From: a virus
Lineage: Duplodnaviria; Caudoviricetes
DNA: 51,515 nt
Virus record (IMG/VR): IMGVR_UViG_3300023076_000001
Coordinates: 1 to 51,515 of that record
Reading direction: 5' to 3' (one strand)
Positions 10,453-19,448 of this stretch are shown in pieces (the first letter of the stretch is position 1; every line of letters begins with the position of its first letter). A program made the translations under genes and the position numbers. The notes under the pieces are model-generated. The model ran no database searches, was not told the DNA's origin, and saw only the letters and a program-made list of their open reading frames with translations.

Positions 10453-10611
10453 ATGAGCTTTCCGCTTCCGATCACGCCCGAGAATGTGGGGATCATGGTC
10501 GCCCTCGACCTTATACAGGGTGGGGGGGCGCCTGCCAACGCGCTCACCCTGCGCGACGGCTCAACCATCATCCTTCGCGATAATTCGCCACTTCTAGGGA
10601 GGGCCGCATAA
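10453..10611 (+). CDS. Unannotated 52-aa adaptor-like protein (MSFPLPITPENVGIM...)
   Basis: AAGGA RBS; N-terminus paralogous to 10111; TAATG coupling to the next gene. Confidence 0.8.
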   Translation: MSFPLPITPENVGIMVALDLIQGGGAPANALTLRDGSTIILRDNSPLLGRAA

Positions 10612-11819
10612 TGGGCGCGCTTCAGAGCCTCGATCCAGCGTCGCTAGACGCCCAGGACCTTCGCCGCGCCGCCGGTCTTCGCGGTCGCATCGCCGTTGGC
10701 GTATTTGGCCAATCGACTGAGCGCGGCCAGGTCGAACCGACCGAGGCGATCAGTTCCGTACTCTCGCGCACGGCCTTCCCGCAGGCCTACGGGTCGCTCA
10801 GAAACCCGGCCGTGCGCTGGCCGCTGTTCCCCGCCTTGTCGAAGGTGGGCGGCAGCTGGTTCAAGGTCTACGACGACCTCTGGGACGCCGGCTGGGAAGC
10901 CCAGATCGTAAACAGCGGCATCGGTTCGCTCTCGATGATCCGTGACGCCGCCGGCCTAACCCAAACCCGCGCCAACAGCACCGGCTATCGCCAGAAGCGC
11001 GCGCCGGTGAGCCTTGGCGATAATGGCTACGCCGGCGACTACATGGTCGTGCAGGGCCGGGTTTTCATCTGCACCAAGGGCCTGTTGGCCTATGCCACCA
11101 GTGGCAATGGCTTTAACGACACAACGGGCTCGCTCGACCTCGACTACATCAAAATCGTCGGGTCCAACGCGACCGCAGCGAGCGAACCCGCCGGCCTGGC
11201 GACCGCTGCCGTGGGGGACGTGATTGTCGATGGCACGGTCGAGTGGACCTGCCTGTCGGTAACCACCAGCTACAGTGGCCTGACCTACGCCGCCGGGAGC
11301 GTCCTGACCGAGTCTCGCCCCGGTTTCGATCCGTTCGGCCTGCTGCACAGGATGGTCTCTGAACTTGGACGCATCCCCGGCGTCAAGCACCGGATTGTCT
11401 ATGTGGCGAACGGGCAGTCGGACACGGGCAATGCGACCCTGACCTATCAACAGGCCCTGGAGCAGGTCGGTAACTTCTTCCTTCTTCGCGGCCTCAAGGT
11501 CGCGCTCGGCCTGACGCAATACACGCCCACCTCCAACACGACCGCCTATGGCAACCTGAGCACCCGCGTGGCCGGCGCGCTGACCTCGATGCGCGCCAGC
11601 GGCAACGTGGATGTCTACTATCCGGCGGCGAATATCATCACCGGGGCTGACCTTTACCAGCTGCTCGGCTCGACGGGGAACATGGCGGCTGGCGGTGCTT
11701 ACTTCGCGAAGGACAGCGGCCAAGACAACATTCACCCGAACGCACCGGGCTCCATCGCAATCGGCGGCTATCTCTCGGCGGCGCTGTTGGCTCACCTGGG
11801 AAACAACGGCTGGGCCTAA
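10611..11819 (+). CDS. SGNH/GDSL esterase-domain receptor-binding protein
   Basis: GVFGQS, NSGIGS, NGQSD and DNIHPN blocks; inserted DGTVEWTC module. Confidence 0.75.
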   Translation: MGALQSLDPASLDAQDLRRAAGLRGRIAVGVFGQSTERGQVEPTEAISSVLSRTAFPQAYGSLRNPAVRWPLFPALSKVGGSWFKVYDDLWDAGWEAQIVNSGIGSLSMIRDAAGLTQTRANSTGYRQKRAPVSLGDNGYAGDYMVVQGRVFICTKGLLAYATSGNGFNDTTGSLDLDYIKIVGSNATAASEPAGLATAAVGDVIVDGTVEWTCLSVTTSYSGLTYAAGSVLTESRPGFDPFGLLHRMVSELGRIPGVKHRIVYVANGQSDTGNATLTYQQALEQVGNFFLLRGLKVALGLTQYTPTSNTTAYGNLSTRVAGALTSMRASGNVDVYYPAANIITGADLYQLLGSTGNMAAGGAYFAKDSGQDNIHPNAPGSIAIGGYLSAALLAHLGNNGWA

Positions 11820-11914
11820 CCCCATCGCCCCTGCATCATCTGCGGGGGTATCTTGCACTCAATGGCGCGGCGCGTGATACGTTAGCCGCGCCATTCCGGC
11901 GCAGGGAATGAACT

Positions 11915-12130
11915 ATGACGCAACGCACACCCGATGAAGTGGCCGACGCCTTTCGTGAAGCCTTCGCCGACGCCCACGCACTGGTGGACGCCTCGAATCA
12001 TCCGAAGAAGGCTCGGCTGCAACTGCTGATCGGCGGCGCTCATGCCCTGATCGAACGCGCCGGAAAGATCGTCAATAACGACGAAGGCTCGGGCGAGATC
12101 GCCGCCCGCGCTGGCGACGACAAGGACTGA
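11915..12130 (+). CDS. Hypothetical protein
   Basis: AGGGA RBS; start of the lysis-region cluster. Confidence 0.65.
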   Translation: MTQRTPDEVADAFREAFADAHALVDASNHPKKARLQLLIGGAHALIERAGKIVNNDEGSGEIAARAGDDKD

Positions 12131-12136
12131 TCCGAC

Positions 12137-12667
12137 GTGGGGCCGTGGGGAATATTCTTCGGCCTGATGAGCGCGGCGGTCTTCGGGATCGCCGCGCTTT
12201 TCTCTACGCGCCAAAATCGCAACGTCGCGGCCTTCATGGTGATCATGTGGGGCGCAACGAAGGTTTGGGACTACCGAACCGGAACGGACGCACAAATCTA
12301 CCTCGACACGCTGCTAGCGCTCTTGTGCGGCTTGCTAAGCGTTTACGTCATGGCCAAAGAGCGGCGCTCTAAGTGGCCGCTGGGCGTTCTCTTCGTCATG
12401 GTCACTTGGTGTTTGATGAACGCGGCGTACTCCGAGCCTGGCCGCGATTATGGGCCACAGGTGAGGACGGCGTATCAAATCGCCTCTAACGTGCTATTCG
12501 GGGTTGCGTTAATCGTTGCGGCTATACCGGGAGCACGTCATGGGACCTTGGTTGTTCGCCGCCTTCTCGGTGCTCATCCTAAGCCTCGCCCTCGTCCTAC
12601 TTTGGGTGCTGGATGGGGTAGGGAAGCGCCCGCCGCGGTCTCAAAGCGTGGAATCCCTGGACGATGA
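12137..12667 (+). CDS. Multi-pass membrane protein
   Basis: About 5 hydrophobic segments and a basic C-tail; AAGGA RBS. Confidence 0.7.
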   Translation: MGPWGIFFGLMSAAVFGIAALFSTRQNRNVAAFMVIMWGATKVWDYRTGTDAQIYLDTLLALLCGLLSVYVMAKERRSKWPLGVLFVMVTWCLMNAAYSEPGRDYGPQVRTAYQIASNVLFGVALIVAAIPGARHGTLVVRRLLGAHPKPRPRPTLGAGWGREAPAAVSKRGIPGR

Positions 12668-12993
12668 CTGATCCCGAGCACGAAATTTGGCTTCGGCGGC
12701 TTTATATCGTTCTGGCCGCGACAGCCGGAAGCGTGACGGGCGCGTTAGTGGACAAGCGGCTGTCCCTGCGTGACAAGATGTCGGCCTTCTTCGTAGGCGT
12801 CTCGGCGTCGATCTTCCTGGGTCCGTTGCTTTTGTCGAGGTTCTTTCCATCCGCGTCTATCGCGTCACCCGAGGCCGTGGGTTTCTATTACCTTTTGGCG
12901 ACGGTTTCCAACTCATGCCTTCCTTTGGTCATACGAAAGGCGCGGCAGTTCATTGAAGCGTTAGGGTCGGGCGTCAAAGGAGAGGCCAAATGA
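12664..12993 (+). CDS. Putative holin (3 TM)
   Basis: Three hydrophobic segments, 109 aa, upstream of the endolysin. Confidence 0.55.
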   Translation: MTDPEHEIWLRRLYIVLAATAGSVTGALVDKRLSLRDKMSAFFVGVSASIFLGPLLLSRFFPSASIASPEAVGFYYLLATVSNSCLPLVIRKARQFIEALGSGVKGEAK

Positions 12994-13325
12994 TTTCCGC
13001 GCTCATCAATGTGTGCCTTGGGGCCGTCGTTTTCGTGTCGCTGGTGGCCGCCTCGATCCGCTTTCAAGACCGGTTGGATTGGTTCGACCGCCTCACCCTG
13101 TGCGGCCTTGCGGGGTCCATGCTCATGACCACGCCCGCCTTGTTTATCGACCACACCCCGTTTGACGGATGGTCATTCAACCTCTCGCGCGGCTTCCTCG
13201 CCGTGATCTGCGTGCGGCGCTTCTTCATGCCGATCATCTGGGAAGCCATCGGCGACCGGCGCCAGCGTGATCAGGTTTCCCAGAGCGCGGCACGGCTGCA
13301 CGACCGCAATGACATGCGGCTCTAG
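12990..13325 (+). CDS. Membrane protein (holin/antiholin candidate)
   Basis: Three hydrophobic segments; GGAG RBS; ATGA overlap. Confidence 0.55.
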   Translation: MISALINVCLGAVVFVSLVAASIRFQDRLDWFDRLTLCGLAGSMLMTTPALFIDHTPFDGWSFNLSRGFLAVICVRRFFMPIIWEAIGDRRQRDQVSQSAARLHDRNDMRL

Positions 13326-13379
13326 ATTTGACCTAGCCGCCCGCTCGGTAGATTGTCGCCCTGAACGCAGGGGCGAGAC

Positions 13380-13616
13380 ATGACACCTACCGACATTCGC
13401 GCGACCATCGCCTTACTCGCGCCCTATGCCACCATTGTAGCCGCTATGGCCTTCGCTAAATCGGGGGTCGATGCCACCATCATCTCGCTTGTCGCGGGCG
13501 GCTGTCTTGCGGCCATTGATCCGCGCCGGGGGCAATCGGCCGGGGCCTCGACAACGACGGTCCAGACTGAAGATCCGGCCTCGACAACGACCATCAAAAC
13601 GGAGCCGCAGAAATGA
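13380..13616 (+). CDS. Small 2-TM membrane protein (holin candidate)
   Basis: Two hydrophobic segments; coupled to the endolysin. Confidence 0.55.
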   Translation: MTPTDIRATIALLAPYATIVAAMAFAKSGVDATIISLVAGGCLAAIDPRRGQSAGASTTTVQTEDPASTTTIKTEPQK

Positions 13617-14185
13617 CCCCTGACATCAAGAAGGTTCAGCGCCTAATCGGCACGCCTCAAGACGGTGTGTGGGGGCCTGCCTCGGAGCGCGCCTTAGACG
13701 CCGCCCTGGCCGCTCAAGATGGCTTTGACGGATCGTCCGCCATCCCAGCCGACTACTTCGTGAAGCTGGCGAAGATCGAAAGCGGGACGCGCCCATACGT
13801 CAAAGCCTCGACGTCCAGCGCTTCGGGCCTTTACCAGTTCATCCGCGCCACATGGCTTGGTGAGGGTGGGTCTTGGGGCCAGGATATGACGCAAGCCTTT
13901 GGTGGATTGCGACCGTCCACAGACGAACAAACCGCCCGCGCCCGCACCTTCACTCAGAAGAACGCCGACGCGCTCGCAAGGGCTGGGGTAAAGGTCACGG
14001 ACGCCAGCCTATATGCCGCCCACTTCCTCGGCGTCGGAACCGCTATTCGCGTTCTGGGTCAGCCGTCCAACACTCCCATTGAACAGGTGACGTCACCCGA
14101 CCAGCGCGCGGCCAACCCCTCCATTATCGGCCCTGGAAAAACGGTCGGCGACTTCACCGCCTGGCTTGCACGGAAGGTGGCGTGA
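13613..14185 (+). CDS. Endolysin: peptidoglycan-binding N-terminus plus lysozyme/SLT-like domain
   Basis: VQRLIG..QDGVWG; KIESG..SSASGLYQF..TW; LYAAHFLG. Confidence 0.88.
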   Translation: MTPDIKKVQRLIGTPQDGVWGPASERALDAALAAQDGFDGSSAIPADYFVKLAKIESGTRPYVKASTSSASGLYQFIRATWLGEGGSWGQDMTQAFGGLRPSTDEQTARARTFTQKNADALARAGVKVTDASLYAAHFLGVGTAIRVLGQPSNTPIEQVTSPDQRAANPSIIGPGKTVGDFTAWLARKVA

Positions 14186-14748
14186 TGATCGCCGCCGCCC
14201 TCGCCTTCTTCAAGTCGCCCCTCGGCCGCTGGACGGTCGGGATCGTCGGTTTGATCATCATCGCAACCCTGATCTACCAAGGCGGGGTTTCGGCCGGTGT
14301 AGATCGGCAGAAGGCGGACGAGGCTAAACGTGTCGCCGCCGCCATGAAGACCGTCCGCAAGGTGGAGAAGGGCGCCGAAGTCATCACCGCCAAGGCCGAT
14401 GCGAAGACCGCCGAACGCATCGTGGAAATCCGCACCGTCACTAAAACCCTAGTCGAAAGGATTCCGGTCTATGTGCCCGCAGAAATCGATAGCCGCCTTG
14501 ATCTGCCTCGCGGTCTTATCCGGCTGCACGACCAAGCCGCTTCTGGCCTGCCCGAAGTTTCCCCGCCCCCCGGCTTCCTTCCAGACGCCCCTTCCGGCGT
14601 TGCAGCTAGTACCTTTGGCGAAACCATCGTCCGCAACTACGGGGCCGCCTACGAATGGCGAGAAGCCGCGTTAGCCTGCCGCTCTTGGGTGAGTGAGCAG
14701 GCCGCTAACTTCGATGCCAACATCAGGACGCCGCAACCCGCGCCCTGA
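14182..14748 (+). CDS. Rz: Inner-membrane spanin (Rz-like)
   Basis: N-terminal TM, coiled coil and VERIPVYV motif; follows the endolysin. Confidence 0.8.
   Translation: MMIAAALAFFKSPLGRWTVGIVGLIIIATLIYQGGVSAGVDRQKADEAKRVAAAMKTVRKVEKGAEVITAKADAKTAERIVEIRTVTKTLVERIPVYVPAEIDSRLDLPRGLIRLHDQAASGLPEVSPPPGFLPDAPSGVAASTFGETIVRNYGAAYEWREAALACRSWVSEQAANFDANIRTPQPAP
14471..14674 (+). CDS. Rz1: Outer-membrane lipoprotein spanin embedded in Rz (+1 frame)
   Basis: Signal peptide with lipobox LSGC and a Pro-rich mature part, entirely within Rz. Confidence 0.8.
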   Translation: MCPQKSIAALICLAVLSGCTTKPLLACPKFPRPPASFQTPLPALQLVPLAKPSSATTGPPTNGEKPR

Positions 14749-14776
14749 CCGCTCCCAACAGGTGAGCGCACAAAGC

Positions 14777-14810
14777 AAAGGCCCCGGCGCGTGAAGCGTT
14801 CGGGGCCTTT
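14777..14810. terminator. Bidirectional intrinsic terminator
   Basis: AAAGGCCCCG...CGGGGCCTTT between converging late and early operons. Confidence 0.8.
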
Positions 14811-14837
14811 CTCTCAGCGGTATGTGGGGTCTATGCG

Positions 14838-15071
14838 CTATTCCTTAGGCACCTCCTCCGTAAGCCTGTCGATCAATGCCGCTACCTCGTCGGCGTCGGG
14901 GCCGCTCGCGGTGATCTGCGAGGAAAAGCCACTGGCCGTGGTGGACTTGGATGCGAAATAGGGCTCCTCGGTTTCTGCATCATCATCGTCATTGTTGCCG
15001 AAAATCAGCCAGAGAAGCGCGACAAAGAACATGAGGTTCAGGGCTGCTTGAAAGTCGAACTCAAAGTGCAT
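14838..15071 (-). CDS. Small membrane-anchored acidic protein
   Basis: MHFEFDFQAALNLMFF...; one TM followed by an acidic tract. Confidence 0.55.
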   Translation of the reverse strand: MHFEFDFQAALNLMFFVALLWLIFGNNDDDDAETEEPYFASKSTTASGFSSQITASGPDADEVAALIDRLTEEVPKE

Positions 15072-15109
15072 GTCAGTTTTTTCCAGGCCGGATAGCGCCG
15101 GCCGTCGCA

Positions 15110-15439
15110 TCAAAGAAAGCCCATCCGCTTCAACCTGCCGCGCATCCGCTTTACGGCGGGCGGGCTCAGTTTGAGGTTTCGGGCCATGACCGTGTCTGAC
15201 AGGCCAAGCCCCACGCCCGCGATAACCTGCTGCTGGTACCCTGACAGTTGGCGCTCGTCTATGTGAGCCTCGGGGGCTTTGATGGCCTTCACGGGAGCTT
15301 CTGCGGCTTCCTTGACGGCCTTTCGCACGTCGGACATGGAAACCAGCTTCATTTGCCCGCTGCGGACGTACCGCGCCACTTCCTCCCCGGCAGCGCGGCC
15401 CCAAGCCTTCCATTCGGCTTCCGAATAGGTCGCGCTCAT
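15110..15439 (-). CDS. HTH DNA-binding protein (LuxR-like C-terminus)
   Basis: LSGYQQQVI..GLSDTVMARNLKLSPPAVK. Confidence 0.6.
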   Translation of the reverse strand: MSATYSEAEWKAWGRAAGEEVARYVRSGQMKLVSMSDVRKAVKEAAEAPVKAIKAPEAHIDERQLSGYQQQVIAGVGLGLSDTVMARNLKLSPPAVKRMRGRLKRMGFL

Positions 15440-15609
15440 CTCCGCTTCACCGGGGGCCGCTCAGGCTCCGCGTCCTCATCAGCGGGCTTAACGGGACCGT
15501 GAAGGGCTTTGGCGGTCTCAACAGACAGCCCGAGCTGAGCGGCTACGTGAGACCAGCGCGTTACCCCGTTGATTGTGCATCGGCGCACGACTTCCATTCC
15601 GTAGTTCAC
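15436..15609 (-). CDS. Small HTH-like protein
   Basis: WSHVAAQLGLSVETAK; GTGA/ATGA couplings. Confidence 0.5.
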   Translation of the reverse strand: MNYGMEVVRRCTINGVTRWSHVAAQLGLSVETAKALHGPVKPADEDAEPERPPVKRR

Positions 15610-15728
15610 GCGAAGAAACTCCGAATGGTCAGGACGATCCACGTCCACAGACCGCAGTTGATGAGCACGGCGAGAAAGAGCCGCCGACGAACTTCGGTGC
15701 GTCCTGGGACGCGGCCCGGTCGAAACAT
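15606..15728 (-). CDS. Unannotated 40-aa membrane peptide
   Basis: GGGAGG RBS; MFRPGRVPGRTEVRRRLFLAVLINCGLWTWIVLTIRSFFA. Confidence 0.65.
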   Translation of the reverse strand: MFRPGRVPGRTEVRRRLFLAVLINCGLWTWIVLTIRSFFA

Positions 15729-15752
15729 GTCTTGCCTCCCTAAGTGCGCCGT

Positions 15753-15941
15753 CTAGTCGCGGCTCTGTAGAAGTTCTATCGCCTGAGAAATCTCGTCCAT
15801 CTCTGCGTGCAGCGTGGCAGTGTCGCGAAACATGTCGATGCGGTGGCCATTCTTAACAGCTGCGATCTCTTCGCGATTGTCGCTAAGAATGGTTTGAAGC
15901 GCCCGAAGTTCGCGCCGTAGGCAGGCTATGGCGGCGTCCAT
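15753..15941 (-). CDS. Hypothetical coiled-coil protein
   Basis: AGGAG RBS; fits the operon. Confidence 0.6.
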   Translation of the reverse strand: MDAAIACLRRELRALQTILSDNREEIAAVKNGHRIDMFRDTATLHAEMDEISQAIELLQSRD

Positions 15942-15952
15942 CGGGCGCTCTC

Positions 15953-16669
15953 CTAAAACGCTTCCGGCGCTAGGCGGCGGTCAATCTCGCGCCTAGCGTT
16001 CCACTTCAGATCCTCTTCCATTGATGGCTGAGCCAACATCCAGTTAAGGAATCCACCCTCTACCTCGGCCCATGGCTTGCCCCTGAACTTGCCGATTGGA
16101 CAAGTCGGCAAAAGGCGTGGCTCCTTGGTCCAGGCGATCATTTCCTTGCCGGTGGCTCCGGTTTCGAACAGGGCCTTGAGAATGTGGGCTGTGACATAAG
16201 CATCAGGCCCGGCGCGGTGCGGAGGCATGGCCAGATCATGGCGAAGTGAAAGCTTGCCCTGATCCTCTAGCCAGTAGCGCAGGACGCTATTGGAGTGGCC
16301 CTCCGCTTCAGGCCAAACCCGGTAAGCGGATTTGAGGGTGCAGATGGCGGGAAGAAACACCTCACCCAGAAAGCGCGCCTCGAAATCGAAGTTATGCGCA
16401 ACCAGAGCACCGCAATGGTCCGCCCCTTCATGCAAAGCAATCTGGTCGAAGGGTGGGAGGCCCGCGACCTCATCCATGGTGATGTGATGAACCGCGCGAA
16501 CGGTGGCGCTGATCGCCTTGACTCCGTAGAGCGCAGAGGATGGCTCCCCCACACTCCACGTTCCATCAGCGAGTTTTGTGAGGTCGCAGTATCCATACTC
16601 GACCACCTCCGCGCCCTCGCTTGGCTCCATTCCAGTAGTTTCGAAATCGATAACCCGAAGCGTAGTCAT
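15953..16669 (-). CDS. DEDDh 3'-5' exonuclease (ExoX-like)
   Basis: VIDFETTG, VAHNFDFE, HRAGPDAYVT; C-terminal PIGKFRGKPW..FLNW domain. Confidence 0.9.
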   Translation of the reverse strand: MTTLRVIDFETTGMEPSEGAEVVEYGYCDLTKLADGTWSVGEPSSALYGVKAISATVRAVHHITMDEVAGLPPFDQIALHEGADHCGALVAHNFDFEARFLGEVFLPAICTLKSAYRVWPEAEGHSNSVLRYWLEDQGKLSLRHDLAMPPHRAGPDAYVTAHILKALFETGATGKEMIAWTKEPRLLPTCPIGKFRGKPWAEVEGGFLNWMLAQPSMEEDLKWNARREIDRRLAPEAF

Positions 16670-16672
16670 GGC

Positions 16673-18436
16673 TTAACCTTCCGCCAAACGCTTGACGATC
16701 AGGGCGACCGTCTGCGTTAGGCTTTCCTGGCTGGCGGCGGGCATACGGCCAAAGGTCAGCGAGCCCTTGAGCTTCAGGAACGCCGAGTTGACGGCCTTGG
16801 AGCCTTCCGCACCAGCGGCTTGCGTGTCGGCCCAGAGCCGGAAGAACGATGGCGAGTCGGTGTGAGAAGGCGGCGACTTCAGGCCCACGGCGACGGCGTA
16901 CACGGCGCGCCGGAAAGCGGCCTTGTCGTCGTAATCCAGCTTTTTGAAGTCGTCGCCGTTGTAGATGCCGGGCAGCTTTTGCTGGATGGTCCCGAACTCC
17001 GTAGCCGTGCGCAGATCGGCCAAGATGGCGGCTTGCCACTCGGGGAGGTCTTCTTCGACCTCTTCGGCCAGCGGCTCGGGGTGGGCTTCGTACTCAGGAA
17101 GCTTGGCGAACTCGTCAAAGTTCACCCGCTGGAAGGGCTCGCCGTCGATATAGGATTGGGCGCAGTCGTCGGAGCCGATCTCCTCGCCGGCCAGGGTGTA
17201 TTCGACCCCGCGAGGAGCGGGGCCGGGGCATTGCTCCAGGGGATGCCATTCGCCGTCTTCATCATCGGCGAGGCCTGCCATTGCCTCGGCGACCGTTGCC
17301 GTTGAAGGCGCGGGCTTGTCGCCGGGAAACTCGTCGGCGATCTCGGCGGCAGCATCGTCCGCGTGGTCCACGACATCGCCCGGCTTCGTCGGGTGCATCG
17401 TGTAGCGCGCCAGTTGCGCCGCGCCCTTCTCACCGGCGTTCGAATGCTTCTCGCCGTCCTTGTAGGTTGGCACGCGGCCCGCGTCGCTCACGGGATCGCC
17501 AGCAAGCATATAGATCACGCCGGCCGGGGCTGGGCCGTTGATCTCGTCGCGAGCCTTGGGTGGGAAGACCTTGGCGGGCTCCGGTTCCTCAATAACGGCG
17601 TCTGGGATCTCCCCCGTTTCGGGATCGTGGGGCGTTTCGGCTTCCACCTGTTGTTCGTCAGATCCGAGCGCCTCCAAGGCAGCGGCGTTGAAGCCCTCGG
17701 TGGGCTTAACGGGTTGTTGTTGGAGTCGGGTGAGAACGCTGGTGCCGAGTTCATGCTGAACGGTCGTCAGGCCCTCGACTTCCTGGCCGCTCATTTCCTC
17801 GGCTGTCGGGCCGCCGTCTTCTTCGGGGAAGGCGCAGCGCAGGGCGTTGGCCTCGGCGCACTTGGCGAGTTGAGAATAGGTCTTGGTCTTCCACATGTCG
17901 TTAGGCGCCAGCGTGTCACGCTTGGCCTTGGCGTAGTATTCCTTCCACCGGACCTTCTCGCCGACAAAGGCGCACGCCACGCCCGCGACGAAACGATAGA
18001 CCGTGACTTGCGCCCACTCGGGATATGTCACATCGACGCCCCCCAGGTTTTCGGTCTTGTCGGGGCCGAAAGCGGTCTCGTCCTTGCCCGCGTAGTGGCC
18101 CGTTCGCATGGCCGTGATACGAACTTCAGCGATGGAGGGCCAGACCGAGTCCACCATCCGCGAGCGCTTCTTGTCATAGACAGGGACGACGTGAACGGGC
18201 TTCTTGAGAACGTCCAGCTTCCGCGCCTTGCAGTAGGCCAGAACGTTGATGATCGTCTCGGGCTCTTCGGCGGACGGGTAGAGAACATCAGTCAGGAACT
18301 TCCAAGTTCCACGGTCGATGCCGAACCGCTCCTCAATGAGCGGGTGATACGGAAGGCGCGGCCCCGACAGCCGCAGCTCGTTGCGTGGCTGCTGAGTAGT
18401 GGTGGCGATCTGAGTGCTTTCGGCTTGTTCGGTCAT
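16673..18436 (-). CDS. bet: Single-strand annealing recombinase (Bet/RecT family) with long C-terminal extension
   Basis: YCKARKLD..KKPVHVVP, AMRTGHYAG, QLAKCAEANALRCAFPE; PHDPETGEI linker; downstream of the RecE-like gene. Confidence 0.88.
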   Translation of the reverse strand: MTEQAESTQIATTTQQPRNELRLSGPRLPYHPLIEERFGIDRGTWKFLTDVLYPSAEEPETIINVLAYCKARKLDVLKKPVHVVPVYDKKRSRMVDSVWPSIAEVRITAMRTGHYAGKDETAFGPDKTENLGGVDVTYPEWAQVTVYRFVAGVACAFVGEKVRWKEYYAKAKRDTLAPNDMWKTKTYSQLAKCAEANALRCAFPEEDGGPTAEEMSGQEVEGLTTVQHELGTSVLTRLQQQPVKPTEGFNAAALEALGSDEQQVEAETPHDPETGEIPDAVIEEPEPAKVFPPKARDEINGPAPAGVIYMLAGDPVSDAGRVPTYKDGEKHSNAGEKGAAQLARYTMHPTKPGDVVDHADDAAAEIADEFPGDKPAPSTATVAEAMAGLADDEDGEWHPLEQCPGPAPRGVEYTLAGEEIGSDDCAQSYIDGEPFQRVNFDEFAKLPEYEAHPEPLAEEVEEDLPEWQAAILADLRTATEFGTIQQKLPGIYNGDDFKKLDYDDKAAFRRAVYAVAVGLKSPPSHTDSPSFFRLWADTQAAGAEGSKAVNSAFLKLKGSLTFGRMPAASQESLTQTVALIVKRLAEG

Positions 18437-19386
18437 TGGCTGAGTTCCGCTTCCATAATTTTGATGCGCTCTTCGATCTTCTTGCGCTTCCAGGGGAGGA
18501 TTGTGATGTGCTGGGCGTCGCGTTGCTCCCCGCCGATGCCGGGCCACACACCCGTTTTCAGGCATCGGTCGAAGGTATCCAAGGCGACGCGATTTTGACG
18601 CTGTCCTAGTTCAAGGTCTTCGCCGATCAGCGAGTGAACGCGGGCTTCGTGGGGCTCTTCGGTTTGACTGAAGACTAGCGTGAACGAGTTCATGGGCTCG
18701 CCGATCACGGCAAGAACGCCGTCTCCGACAAGGGCGCCCTGTTGGTTCATTCCGAGATCGCCGACCGCTTTGGCCAGGCCGTCGTCATCAATCGCCGCCG
18801 TGCTCTTGAAGTCGGATATATCAAGGCTGCTGGTCGGGATTACGTCGGGGCGGACCTTGAGCCAAATCCCGGTTTTCTCGTCCTGCCAGAACAAGGACGT
18901 TTCCACGAACCCGTTCAGGATGCCTTCTTTGACCATGGGGTGAGCCGAAAGCTCACGCGCCATGCCGCGAATGGAGGTCAGATCATCCGAGCTGATAATG
19001 ATCTTCCCGGCGTTTTCCTCTGCCCATTTTTTGCAGTACTTGGCCCCGCCATGCCAAGGCTTGGGCTCGCCCGTCTTGTCGTCGGGATATGTCGCGGGTT
19101 GGACGACGAACTTAGCGCGGAAGTCGTGCATTTCGAGAACGGCGGCGTGGGATGCGGACCCGAAAAGCATTGCCTTGGTCGGGTCCTTGACGACCCGGTT
19201 CGGATTTCCTGCCCAGAACCGGAAGAAGTGCTTTGCGCCCTTGTTGAAGATGGTCTTTAGGGTCGTGGAAGACGCGGACGGACCCACGCAGATGTCATGC
19301 CGGTGATAGTCCTCCAACGGCATTCCGACGATCCAGCAAGGCCGATCAATCGGTTTCCCGTCCCACTTTTCGGGCTTGAGTAGCAT
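18433..19386 (-). CDS. RecE/exonuclease VIII-like PD-(D/E)XK nuclease
   Basis: SSTTLK, FGSASH, ETSLFW..TGIWLKVRPD, DFKST. Confidence 0.88.
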   Translation of the reverse strand: MLLKPEKWDGKPIDRPCWIVGMPLEDYHRHDICVGPSASSTTLKTIFNKGAKHFFRFWAGNPNRVVKDPTKAMLFGSASHAAVLEMHDFRAKFVVQPATYPDDKTGEPKPWHGGAKYCKKWAEENAGKIIISSDDLTSIRGMARELSAHPMVKEGILNGFVETSLFWQDEKTGIWLKVRPDVIPTSSLDISDFKSTAAIDDDGLAKAVGDLGMNQQGALVGDGVLAVIGEPMNSFTLVFSQTEEPHEARVHSLIGEDLELGQRQNRVALDTFDRCLKTGVWPGIGGEQRDAQHITILPWKRKKIEERIKIMEAELSQ

Positions 19387-19448
19387 TTCAGTTCCTTGGC
19401 TGTGTTCGCTGGCGAGGGCGAAGCGGAGACCGTGAGGCCTCCGCATAA

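Noticed and set aside
5620-11819. Diversity-generating retroelement or invertible tail-fibre cassette
   Set aside because: I saw no reverse transcriptase, invertase or TR/VR-like repeat pair
17363-18598. Long antisense ORFs (also 41046-42344, 4004-4969, 471-1397, 21449-22270 and others)
   Set aside because: These are shadow frames of GC-rich genes with recognisable products on the other strand
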